A DNA stretch of 63,266 nt, filler included, from Octopus bimaculoides (GCF_001194135.2; 10 parts of 7 records of this genome joined end to end with filler, not necessarily neighbours in it), one strand, 5' to 3'. Shown: positions 27,058 through 38,186, counted from the first letter of the whole stretch. Translations and numbers: made by a program. Notes: generated by a model from the sequence alone, not told the origin.

Positions 27058-28884
27058 GTGTACGTGTGTGTTTATGTACATATGTAAACTTACATATGCA
27101 CAGGCACACACTCACACACGTTTATTAATTAATAGTACACGACACACTTTTCTTTCTGTTTTTGTTTTTGTTTTTTTGTTTTGAAATGTAAAGTATTCTT
27201 TTGTTAATAAACATAGAATTTAGCCTCGTTATGAAAAGTCAACGAAGTAGTTACACCACAGATTATATTTCGCTGTGACAAGAAAAAAATGGCTCTATCT
27301 GACTGGTTTCTAGTCTTTTTAGACCCTTTTGAGAGAAAGAATTAAGAGTAAAAGCTGTTGTGGTAATAAATCAGTTCAATAGCAAAACATATTTATGCGA
27401 AAACAATATCGAAATATTTATAATGGTTGCGTTCGGCGGGGAAGCGATTGTGAACTTGACCTTCGCAGGACCGCTTACACTGTCATTGATGTTTGTTTTT
27501 GAAGAGCTGCAAATTGTCTGTTGCTGGGAAAATCACGGGCAAGGAACAGATGACATTGTAGTAGAATAAGGGCAGATAAATTGTGAAAACAGAAAATATG
27601 TGGAGGCTGTACAGTGCTGGCGAACGACATGTATACCAATTACTAGAGTTTTTGTTCGAATGCACATGTCCCTCAGGTGGTCTTTCCTACCACGTGTGGA
27701 GCAACTGGGCCTTCAGATCTGTACCATCAATTTGAATAACCTTCCTTCTTCTTAACCCATATGTGTTACAGTTCAGGAATAGCAGTGAGGTCTTCCCCAT
27801 GGAACAATAGAACAGAACACAGAACCTTTAGATCCATGCAAAACCCGCATGACTACATGTTATACAGTTCACTTCCGTGCATAATTTTTATCCGATGTAT
27901 CGCAAAAGTGACGACATTCCAAAGTTAAAAGTCACTACAAATATCTCTAATAGTGACACTAGTGTCATTTTTACCTGGGTAGCTGCTGTGTAAGGCACCA
28001 ACTCAGCCTATCTCACTAGATGCTGTCGTATTTTTAAAGAATAAACACACGCTTCCTTGTACCGTGTCGCAGTCAATGGGAGGATATACCCCCCCCCCCC
28101 TGCCTTCTTTAGGCATATTGGACTCATTCCAACCACTATTCCTACCGTACTTCTCCTGCAGCTTGGCCTTCGATTCATTAGGGAAAGAATTCTGGGGTCA
28201 TTGTTTATGGAAAATAATTGATCTTTGAGGGAAGATTGACAGATATTTATTGTAAATATATTGTTATTGTCGATGTTGGTGGTGTTTTCGCTGCTGGAGG
28301 TGTCATGTGTTGAAGAGCTTAATTACTGCTATCGGTTTTTTTTTCTTCTTTTTCTGCTGTCACCGCCGAATATGTACAGTGTTGCTCGATATGGTGGTGG
28401 AAGGGCAAACGGCCCTTCATAAATATTATGCTAGTGTTAATGACTGTTACAGCTATGCCATAGCTGGCAGCCAAGTCCACCAACATATATAGATATTGTC
28501 GGAATGACGAAGAGAAAACAGCGTAATTTTCTTCAAGTGCTAACTTTCTTCTTCTTCTAAACTTCGGTTGCTTTTTTTTATGTTGCTTTTTTTTATGTTG
28601 CTTTTGTTATTCAGTGTCTTTCGTTGTCATTTTTGTAAGAAACAATGACGTCATATTCAAATGAATTGGGGTTCTTTTTTAATGTGTAGTTTATGAAAAT
28701 TGAAAAACGAAAACGTAACCCCCATTAGGGTCAAAAGAACGAACCAAATAGTACCTCATTCTGTTGGCCAGATGAGCTACAAAACGGAGCACAGTTACAA
28801 AAAAAGTCCTTGAAGGAATAATGTCGACAACAAAAATATTAATTCTACAGAACGATATAAAAAAAAAGCATTCATATTTTAGCA

Positions 28885-28962
<78 letters not shown>

Positions 28963-28967
<5 letters not shown>

Positions 28968-29682
28968 GACAATACAAAGAGCAGGATTGCAATAGATATT
29001 TTATTGGTTGGACGATATTTCAACAGCTAGCCTGTTTTTGACGAGTTCAAAATGAAAAGTGATACACAGAAATTCAAAATTATAGAAATTCAAATCTAAA
29101 ATATGAACGAGGGTAACCAGCGTCCCCACGTTGATGGAACAACATCATCAGTTTTCAAATTTCAAGTTTACAACTGGCAAAAAAGAAAAAGAAAGAAAAA
29201 AGAAGAAAAAGAAAGANNNNNNNNNNNNNNNNNNNNNNNNNNNNNNNNNNNNNNNNNNNNNNNNNNNNNNNNNNNNNNNNNNNNNNNNNNNNNNNNNNNN
29301 NNNNNNNNNNNNNNNNNNNNNNNNNNNNNNNNNNNNNNNNNNNNNNNNNNNNNNNNNNNNNNNNNNNNNNNNNNNNNNNNNNNNNNNNNNNNNNNNNNNN
29401 NNNNNNNNNNNNNNNNNNNNNNNNNNNNNNNAATTCTCCTGTCATTTTATTCATTCCTCCACGTTATGATGTTAATAACCTACAAACATTTTTCTCCCCA
29501 TGCATTTTGTATATTGAAACTATAGCAGATTCAGAATATTTTCTGAGAATATGCACTTTCGAGTCTTTTTCAAGATTGCAGCCGTTTGATGCAAAATGTT
29601 TGGCAAGTTCTGTCGAACTACTGTTATTGAGCCTGACGTCATATCTGTGCCCATTGAATTCTTTTGTTTAATTGTTCTGTTG
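28963..29682 (-). mobile_element. Inverted, 5'-truncated copy of the adjacent PLE (GIY-YIG 3' part, 3' UTR, pLTR)
   Basis: 29432-29682 is the reverse complement of 30624-30874. 28963-29216 is the reverse complement of the 3' UTR/pLTR seen at 29683-29875 and 30960-31075. An N gap lies between the two parts. Confidence 0.85.
29008..29050 (-). ncRNA. Minimal hammerhead motif, family A (U3-A8), degenerate
   Basis: TTGAAC-TCGTCAA-A-AACAG-gctag-CTGTT-GAAAT-ATC-GTCCAA. Confidence 0.55.
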
Positions 29683-31075
29683 GATTTGAATTTCTAAAAT
29701 TTTGAATAATTTTTATATATCACTTTTCATTTTGAACTCGACAAAGACAGGCTTGCTGTCGAAATATCATTCAACCAATAAAATATCTATTGCAATCGCA
29801 TCGCGCTCTTCGTATTGTCTATGTACCTTTGTAGAGATTTACGTCAATCCTTTTAAAATATCAAAATCAAATAGATTGAGATGATTGATTTTATGTTTCA
29901 CCAAATAAGAATTGGAACATTTAGAAATTCTGGAAGTTACCTAAACTGTCATGTGTCTAAGGAAAATCGTAACGTAAATTACAGCTTTTACGTCTTATTC
30001 CTTCTTACAGTTGGCTTGTCAGTCCTGTTAGTTTCGCTAGACCCCTGTGTTGAGCCTAATCCTAGGCCAATGGATTACTGGAAACATGCAAATGGCTTAG
30101 TACACCATTATGTCAAACGCGGTTACAGTGAATCGCGATTAAAGGAAATAGCAAATGACTGCTCAGATTAGCAAAGGAAGTCAAACTTTCACGCGTAATT
30201 TTAGCAAACAGAGTACAATATGTGACAGAATTCCTTTAGTGATTAACTGGCACCAAAATTTTGCTGGCATTTCAAAAGTGTTACATGAAAGTTACCAGCA
30301 TGTTGCGGAAAAATATCCTCGTTTCAAACGAATATTTCCTCAGCCGTCTAATGTAGCCTTTAGACGGAATAAAAATATAAGAGAACTATTAATCTCTACT
30401 TCTGACTCCAAGAAAACTAACACTGGAGTTTCTGCACGCTGTGCCTTGAAAATCAGCCGCAAGAGAGATAAGCCTTGTTCATTGTGCAACAATATGAGTC
30501 AAGTGAATTCCATCAGGAATTCATAACAGAAATGTTTTGATTTACACAGAAGGTCGGGCGTGTAGAGATTCCCATTTGGTGTACGCAGCAGAATGCACGA
30601 AACACAACTTTATGTTGGTTGTACAACAGAACAATTAAACAAAAAAATTCAATGGGCACAGATTTGACGTCAGGCACAATAACAGTAGTTCGACAGATCT
30701 TGCCGAACATTTTGCATCAAACGGCTGCAATTTTGAAAAAGACTCGAAAGTGCATATTCTCAGAAAATATTCTGAATCTGCTATACTTTCAATATTCAAA
30801 ATGCATGGGGAGAAATATGTTTGCAGGTTATTAACATCACGCCCTGGAGGAATGAATAACATGTCAGGAGAATTTCATCATATTTACGCAAAACTGTTTG
30901 ATTAAATATTTTTCTTCCTTTTCCTTTTCTTTTTCTTTTCTTTCTTTTTTCTTTCTTTTCTTTCTTTTTCTTTTTTGCCAGTTGTAAATTTAAAATTTGA
31001 AGACTGATGATGTCGTCCCATCGCGCTCTTCGTATTGTGTATTTTCCTTTGTGAAGAGTTACATCAATCCTTTTA
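29683..31075 (+). mobile_element. Internally deleted Penelope-like element (pLTR - leader - thumb/GIY-YIG - pLTR remnant)
   Basis: With frameshifts it reads YVKRGYSES...IPLVINWH...VAFRRNKNIRELL...CSLC...CRDSHLVYAAECTKHN-YVGCTTEQLNKKFNGHRFDVRH...DLAEHF...RLLTSRPGGMN, the PLE post-RT region and GIY-YIG endonuclease. It is flanked by direct repeats 29790-29875 and 31015-31075. Confidence 0.88.
29732..29774 (+). ncRNA. Minimal hammerhead motif, family A (U3-A8)
   Basis: TTGAAC-TCGACAA-A-GACAG-gcttg-CTGTC-GAAAT-ATC-ATTCAA. Confidence 0.6.
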
Positions 31076-31077
31076 AC

Positions 31078-31138
<61 letters not shown>

Positions 31139-31139
<1 letters not shown>

Positions 31140-31723
31140 GAGTATCTCAACAGGCATGAGCAGCACAGTATATTCACTGAGTAATTTGCAAAAACCTGGT
31201 CTTGCCTCATGATAAAACTGACAGAAAGATAGATGCGAATAGGCCAGACATTATATTGAAGGACTTCAGACAAAAGGCATGCCTCCTCATTGATATGACT
31301 GTCCCAATTGACATAAATGTATCTGTCAAGACCTACCAAAAACTGACCAAGTATAAAGATCTTGAAATAGAAATTGGAAAAATGTGGACCCTCAAGACCT
31401 GTTGTCATAGATGCCCTAAGAATGATAGCAAAAGAGATTGATTCCTACCTAGCTCAGATTCCAGGAAACCCCAAAATGACAGAAATTCAAACGATAGTGC
31501 TCATGGGAACTGCTCCTATCCTACGTAAAATACTATCTATGTAATCTCAAATCTTAAAGCAAACTTATTATTTTCTTAAACATTCTCTAGAACAATACTT
31601 TGTGGCAAACCCAAATATATGACCCCCTAGGCATAATACCAACTTGAACTTCTAACTTGTCTCTTGAGGTCTCTGGGTGAGACTTGGAGTCAACTAGTAC
31701 AAATACAAAGCTACAGTCAAACG

Positions 31724-31725
<2 letters not shown>
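31139..31725 (+). mobile_element. R4/Dong-like non-LTR element, 3' fragment (restriction-like endonuclease + 3' UTR)
   Basis: TDRKIDANRPDIILKDFRQKACLLIDMTVP...KLTKYKDLEIEIGKMW...VLMGTAPILRKILSM*. Bracketed by (TAA)n on both sides. Confidence 0.88.
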
Positions 31726-31763
<38 letters not shown>

Positions 31764-32465
31764 NNNNNNNNNNNNNNNNNNNNNNNNNNNNNNNNNNNNN
31801 NNNNNNNNNNNNNNNNNNNNNNNNNNNNNNNNNNNNNNNNNNNNNNNNNNNNNNNNNNNNNNNCGGAATCTCCATAGCCTAAAACGTGGGATTCCGTAAA
31901 AAAAAATAAATAAGGTGGGGAAAGGTTCAGATTACATATAGTCCGTCTCTACCATAACAACAACAGCAGCAATACAAACTGAGTGACATTGATTCTTCTA
32001 GTTTTTTTTGTTTTGTTTTTTTCTTTTACCCTCGGGTCGATCTTTATCGAGCACATCTGTATGATGAGCGACATTCCAACAGCAAGCTATTCGATCGTGT
32101 GCGTGCTTGTGTGTGTATGTGTGTGTTTGTATGTCTAGAATTATGTTATTTGAGGGAGATTCAGCTGTTATTTCTAGCATAAGTCAAGCAATCACACAGA
32201 GGTCTGCATCTTGGTTCCAGTGACATGTGNNNNNNNNNNCACATACACGCACATGCAACAAACATACACACACATACATACATACATACATACATACATA
32301 CATACATACTGGAACAAATGTTCCGTTTCGAGAATATAATAACATGAGCAATTTGAAAGGGTGAAAGAGAGAGAGGGAGAGAGAGAGAGAGAGATAGACA
32401 GAGAAAGGGAGGGAAAGAGAGAGAAAGAAAAAGAGAGAGAGAAAGAAAAAGAGAGAGAGAAAGAA

Positions 32466-32496
<31 letters not shown>

Positions 32497-33132
32497 TAGA
32501 AAGAAAAAACCGAGACATATTTGATAAGCTCTCCCATGCCGTTTGATATCATTATCGGATGTTATCAACTTGCAAAGGAAAACTAATCTTGTATTTGATA
32601 TCAAAAGTGCAATTCTGACAAAGTTCCATTTTTCAAAAGTGTTTCCTATCGTCTTATGGCGTTACCAAAAGCCTTGATCCTCTGGAACGCCATTTTCTAC
32701 TGAAGACCTCCTCAGACAAAACACATCCTGTTAGCCCGTATGTCAGTGTGTGAGGTGGGGGGGGGGACGGAGTGAGAGAGAAAGGGAGAGAGGGTATGTG
32801 TGAGTGTGTGGGGTAAGGGAGGGACAGTATGTGTATGCATAAGTGCGAGATACAATGTGTGAGTGTGTGTATGAGTGTCTATGTATGCGTATGTGGGAGA
32901 AAGAATGCGCGCGTGTGTGTGTGTCTAAGAGAGAGTGAGAAAGAAAGAAGCATGTATGTGCGTGTGTGAGAGAGAGAGAGAGAGAAAGAGAGAAGTGAAA
33001 ATGTGTGTACGTGTGCGGGTGCGGGTGTGTGCGTGCGTATCTGCCTGTGAATACGTGTAGAGTTAGGGGTACTCAGACCAAGATATGCGTACCCATGAGG
33101 GTATGCAAGAAAAATTACGAGGATATGTTGTT

Positions 33133-33490
33133 GGCACTCCGTCGCTTACGACGTCGAGGGTTCCAGGTGCTCCGATCAACGGAACAGCCTGCTCGTGAAA
33201 TTAACGTGTAAGTGGCTGAGCATTCTACAGACACGTGTACCCTTAACGTAGTTCGCGGAGAGATTCAGCGTGACCCTTTGAAATATGGGTATAACAGAAA
33301 CAGGAAGACAGAGTGAAAGAAAATTGTGGTGAAAGAGTACAGCAGGGTTCGCCACCACCCCCTGCCAGAGCCCCGTGGAGTTTTAGGTGTTTTCGCTCAA
33401 TAAACACTCATAACACCCGGTTTGGGAATCGAAACCGCGATCCTATGACCGCGAGTCCGCTGCCCTAACCACTGGTCCATTGCGATTCCA
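33133..33490 (-). mobile_element. SINE family D, near full length
   Basis: The minus strand begins with a tRNA-like head GCAATGGACCAGTGGTTAGGGCAGCGG...GGTTTCGATTCCC, followed by the family D body. Confidence 0.88.
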
Positions 33491-33946
33491 CAGAAAAGAT
33501 TATACTATCTATGTATATGTATGTGTCCGTTTGTTTGTGAGCGTGCCTTTGTCAGTGCAAGTACAACTGTGCGTGATAAGGACCGGTCTGGACGCTTGCA
33601 TATGTTTGTACGGGAAGAACCATGCATATATACATTCCTCATTAGCTGTTTTAAATTCAGTATATGAATTTGACTGTCAAACTACTTTTATACATTCAAA
33701 CTTCATGTTTTTATAAACAGGTCTTTATTGAATTTTGCAACAGAAACTATTGACGTTCTGCAGATCATCGAAATTCTCCTTGAGAAGGTATACACTATTG
33801 CATATGCATACATAAATAGATAAATATTGAAAGTAATAAATATTGAAGCAAATATACATATGCAACACACACGCGCACGCAAGCACGCACAGATAGAGTA
33901 GGTAGATAGACAGACAGACAGATGATTAGATAGATAGACAGACAAG

Positions 33947-34014
<68 letters not shown>

Positions 34015-34226
34015 CACGTTGATAGATAGGAACGTAGATAGATAGAAACGAAGTTAGATAAAGTATGAAATGTATATGAATTACAGACGGAATGACTAAT
34101 GCAGATGTAGAATGAAGTATAAGCATATTCATAACCAATGTATATACAGACACATATAAATATATAGAGGTATATACACATGTATACATGCATTTATATA
34201 TATATATATATGTATANNNNNNNNNN

Positions 34227-34471
34227 AAGTGACTGAGCAATCCATAGACACGTGTACCCCTAACGTAGTTCTCAGGAAGATTCAGCGTGACAGAAAGTGT
34301 GACAAGGCCGGCCCTTTGAAATACAGGTACTACTCATTTTTGCCAGCTGAGTGGACTGGAGCAACGTGAAATAAAGTGTCTTGCTCAAGGACACAACGCG
34401 TCGCCGGGAATCGAACTCACGACCTTACGATCGCGAGCCGAATGCCCTAACCACTAAGCCACGCGCCTTCA
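34227..34471 (-). mobile_element. SINE family D variant with a different head/central module
   Basis: Same tail as 33.2 kb, but with GTGTCTTGCTCAAGGACACAAC and the head GCGCGTGGCTTAGTGGTTAGGGC...GAGTTCGATTCCC. Confidence 0.85.
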
Positions 34472-34499
34472 CTATTAGAAAGGATTATTGACTTTATAT

Positions 34500-34615
34500 A
34501 AAGTGGCGAGCTAGCAGAATCGTTAAAATGCCAGGCAAAAATGCTTAGTGGCATTTCAACGTTCTGGGTTCAAATTCTGTCGAGGTCGACTTTGCCTTTT
34601 ATCCTTTCAGGGACG
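34500..34615 (+). mobile_element. SINE family A, 5' half
   Basis: GGCGAGCTAGCAGAATCGTTA...GGGTTCAAATTCTG...GGTCGACTTTGCC. Confidence 0.8.
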
Positions 34616-34860
34616 CGTTATACTTTTACCGTGCGATAAGGAAGAAATATAGTGGCGGATGAAAATTCTCAAGCGCTCGGTCAAAATACGAAAGGAAAGG
34701 ATTGGGAATCACCGAAAAAGAAGACTTGGCGTAAAACAATAAAATCGTTTCCCTGCCAAATAACAAAGAAAATCAAGAGAAAGAAAAGAAACTAAGATCC
34801 ATAGTTCTTCGAAAACCAAACAAATGATTAATTGTTGTTTCTGTTGTTGCTGCTGCTGTT

Positions 34861-34891
<31 letters not shown>

Positions 34892-35253
34892 AAGTGTTTT
34901 AAATTACTATCGAAAATCATAATAATTTTTTTTTTTTTTTTCATATCTTCTTTGGAAAGAATTAAGACCTACCGAAGAGATAAGCAGAAAGAAACCTAAT
35001 TGTGGTCAACGGGTCACCTAACTTTAGCAATCCTTCCTCCGACCTCATTAAAGGCAATAAAATATTTGTTTCTACGTTTATGTGTTTGTCTTCCAAGATT
35101 CCTGATCTGAAATCGTCTATTGAAACAGATATTGTTATATTTGGGGATGGTCATTTCTTCTTCTTTTTTTTTTTGCAAATTAATCACATACGCTATATAC
35201 TTGGTCTTCACTTCAGTTTTATTATTATTATTATTATCTTTTTAGTATCCTTT

Positions 35254-35300
35254 GTCTGGAAATATTTCGTCACGACATCCTGTGACCTCTTCAGCGACTC
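35254..35300 (-). ncRNA. Minimal hammerhead motif, family C
   Basis: GAGTCG-CTGAAGA-G-GTCAC-aggatgtc-GTGAC-GAAA-TATTTC-CAGAC. Core boxes are intact and stem II is a perfect 5 bp. Stem I is imperfect. Confidence 0.6.
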
Positions 35301-35341
35301 TCCATCCCATGTGTCTCCTCCTGTTCTCTTTAGTCCATTTG

Positions 35342-35387
35342 GTCTTACTGAATTGATCACAAGATACGTGATGAAAGATTTCCAGGC
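35342..35387 (+). ncRNA. Degenerate hammerhead motif, family C
   Basis: GTCTTA-CTGAATT-G-ATCAC-aagatac-GTGAT-GAAA-GATTTC-CAGGC. Confidence 0.45.
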
Positions 35388-36052
35388 AAGGGACACTAAA
35401 ATAAGAAGAATAATAAAGCCGAAGTGAGGACCAAGTATATAGTCTGTGTGGTTGATTGGCAAAAATATGACCATCCCCAAATATTACAATAATTGTTCCT
35501 CTTTCTATATATAATGGCTACTGAAAATTGTAAATATTCCTGATTCTTTTCAAGTTGTTACAAACCCTCATAGATTTAATTGGAGGGCAAGAATTGTTGG
35601 GGTGGTGGTGAAGAGTATACATTTCCAAAGGATATTATTAAGCACTGTGTCTCAGCTTGAAATCGAAACTGGGTCGCGAACTTCATTCGCGTAAGTAGTT
35701 ATCAACCGCGCTGGAAAATATGCAAGGAAGTGGCGAATAGAGTTGGAGTGTTTATTACAGAATTTTCTTTTCCTTCCGCTTTTATGTATACATTTATTCA
35801 TTTAGTGAGAGAGAGGGGGAGAGAGAAGAGAGAGAGAAATTTTGCGATACACCTGCACATGCGCAGAAACTTAAACACACCAATTGTTTTCCTTTCCTTT
35901 TTTTTATGCTTGTTTGTTTGTTTTTAGTTACTATTTCTATTCTCTTTGTTTATTTATCACTTCAACACAGCAATATGTTACATTTCATTTTGTCTACAGT
36001 TGTTTCAACATAACTTATTGTTTTCACCTTTATTATTATTATTATTACTGTG

Positions 36053-36093
<41 letters not shown>

Positions 36094-36145
36094 GACCTGA
36101 ATTATTCTTTTTTTAAAGCTGAATTTATGGGGAAAAAAACAAAGC

Positions 36146-36213
<68 letters not shown>

Positions 36214-36513
36214 GCAATTATAAACGTGATTGGCTGTTTGTTTGCGAAATGGCGTCAAATGAAACGACTCGGGGACTCAAATAAAATATTTACTATGTTC
36301 TAATGAAAATGGGTTTTGTTGATTACATTCACATCGTTTGATGTTGGCAAGAAAATATTTCATTTCTTCCGGGCAATAGAGGGGTACTCCCATCGCTGCA
36401 ACTGATCTGCGTAGAATATATACTGTGTGTGTGTGTGTGTGTGTGTGGAGGGGCATGCGTAGAATGTGTGAAGGGAGTGTGTAGCGGGAGTAGTATGTTT
36501 GTTTTTATGTGTA

Positions 36514-36551
<38 letters not shown>

Positions 36552-36651
36552 NNNNNNNNNNNNNNNNNNNNNNNNNNNNNNNNNNNNNNNNNNNNTTAAT
36601 TAATTAANNNNNNNNNNNNNNNNNNNNNNNNNNNNNNNNNNNNNNNNNNNN

Positions 36652-36995
36652 TAACCTAGAAGGGACAGGCCCCTTATTTTTTGGTTAAGGCTGTTGGTAA
36701 GTTTTCCGAAGTTACTCCAATCCAGATCCCCAATGCAAACCTTCAGATCAACCTTCTACTATGCAGATCTCTAATGCAACATTTAAAAAAACAGTCAATG
36801 AGTGGAAATAACCAATAAACTGATTCCTTATGGGATTTCCCAATCAAAATGCCAGCAAACCATTTTCAGCCAAACCAATTTCAACGGATTTCGGTCAAAT
36901 CTGATGTCGATGTTACTTATTTTGGTTTGAAATAAAGCACTTGATCACTTAATAATCCTAGCTTAATCCCGGGCAGTGCCGGGCTATACTGCTAG
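36652..36995 (+). mobile_element. Non-autonomous Helitron, 3' portion
   Basis: GC hairpin CCCGG-gcagtg-CCGGG (36968-83), 8 nt before terminal CTAG (36992-95). About 190 bp are homologous to 38005-38186. The 5' limit is obscured by a gap. Confidence 0.7.
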
Positions 36996-38186
36996 TCTGT
37001 CTATATAAAAGGCATGATGTGTGTGTGTGTGTACATGAATGTAATTTATGCACATCCACAAATTAGCACGCACGTCGGTCAAATTTTACGAGGACATTTG
37101 TCACGACCCTAGCTTTATTTTCGTCAAATTATTTTCCCCCCAAGGAACCAGTGAAAAACATGGGAGAGAGCAGAAGTTACCAGAGCAAAAATCCTCACTC
37201 CTTCGCAAACGATCAGCTATTATTTTGTAAACAATGTTTCAAAACTGTTCATGTTTCGAAAAGAGAGATCTGACTCTCATATCTCTGCGGGAGAAGGTAG
37301 GCCTCTCTATTCCTTTTACAAAACTTACATCCGGGTGCTAAATTTGCCTCAATTGATGGTATTACTCAGGTAAGGGGTGATGGTGGGACAGAAGCAGGGG
37401 CAAGGGCGTTCAATAAACATGTATGCAATAGGTATATGTACGTATATGTTTGTGTGTGTGTGTTGCCCATATATATATATATTTAGTTGTGATCTGAACA
37501 TGATCCCTTCTGACACAGAGGATGGGGGGGCCCTTTTGGGCATTCTATTTTCCTTGCTGGAAGGGTTCCCAACCTATGGGCAAAGGGGGGGTTACATGAT
37601 GGGGGTGATGTTTTCAAAAGGGCTAGCATATGCAACCTGATCACCTCTACTGATCAAACTCCCAACCCATGCACTCCCGTCACGACACTGATTCTGTAGA
37701 ACTCGGTTAGGTATGAAAACCAACTTTAAAGTATAAATATAGCAATGTTGTGTTTAGTTAAGTCCTATTTCGGGTGAAAAATCAATAAACTGATTCCTTA
37801 TGGAGTTTTCCATTTATTCAGGATAAAAGAAATCAATAAATCGTTTCCTTATAGGACTTTCCACTAAAATTGGCTACACCCCATTTTCAACCATAGCTTT
37901 TACCAATTTTGATGTATTTTGTTCAAACCTGATGCCAGCATTACCTAGGACTCATGGGATCTTTCAATGCTTTAAGTGCTCCAAAAATGAAAAAAAAATA
38001 ATAATCAATGAGTGGGAAAAAAAATTGATAAACCGATTCCTTATGGGATTTCCCAATCAAATTGTCTGCAACTCATTTTCAGCCAAAAGTTTACCAATTT
38101 CAACAGATTTCGCTCAAATTCGACATTGGTTTGAAATAAAGAGCTTGATTAGCTTAATCCTGAGCAAAGCCAGGCTATACTGCTAG
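36996..38186 (+). mobile_element. Non-autonomous Helitron, about 1.19 kb
   Basis: Starts TC(TGTC)TATATAAAAGG...(GT)n. Ends with hairpin CCTG-agcaaagc-CAGG, then CTATACTG-CTAG, then T. Confidence 0.7.

Larger units (their letters stand above)
35139..35481. repeat. Head-to-head inverted repeat (35139-35294 vs 35348-35481), pLTR-like
   Basis: TATTTGGGGATGGTCA...TATATACTTGGTC...CTGGAAAT is mirrored by ATTTCCAG...GACCAAGTATATA...TGACCATCCCCAAATA. Confidence 0.85.

Noticed and set aside
29110-29155. SECIS-like hairpin in the PLE 3' UTR (minus strand ATGA-12 nt-AA; also about 59820-59860 and 31008)
   Set aside because: Some PLEs are reported to encode selenoproteins, but both complete copies read CTGG where the 3' GA of the quartet is required. 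I also saw no in-frame TGA at Cys positions in the GIY-YIG remnant. No GAAA follows, so it is not a hammerhead either. SECISearch on the family consensus would settle it.
33400-33490. tRNA genes at SINE heads
   Set aside because: A/B boxes are present, but there is no complete cloverleaf and each head continues into a SINE body.
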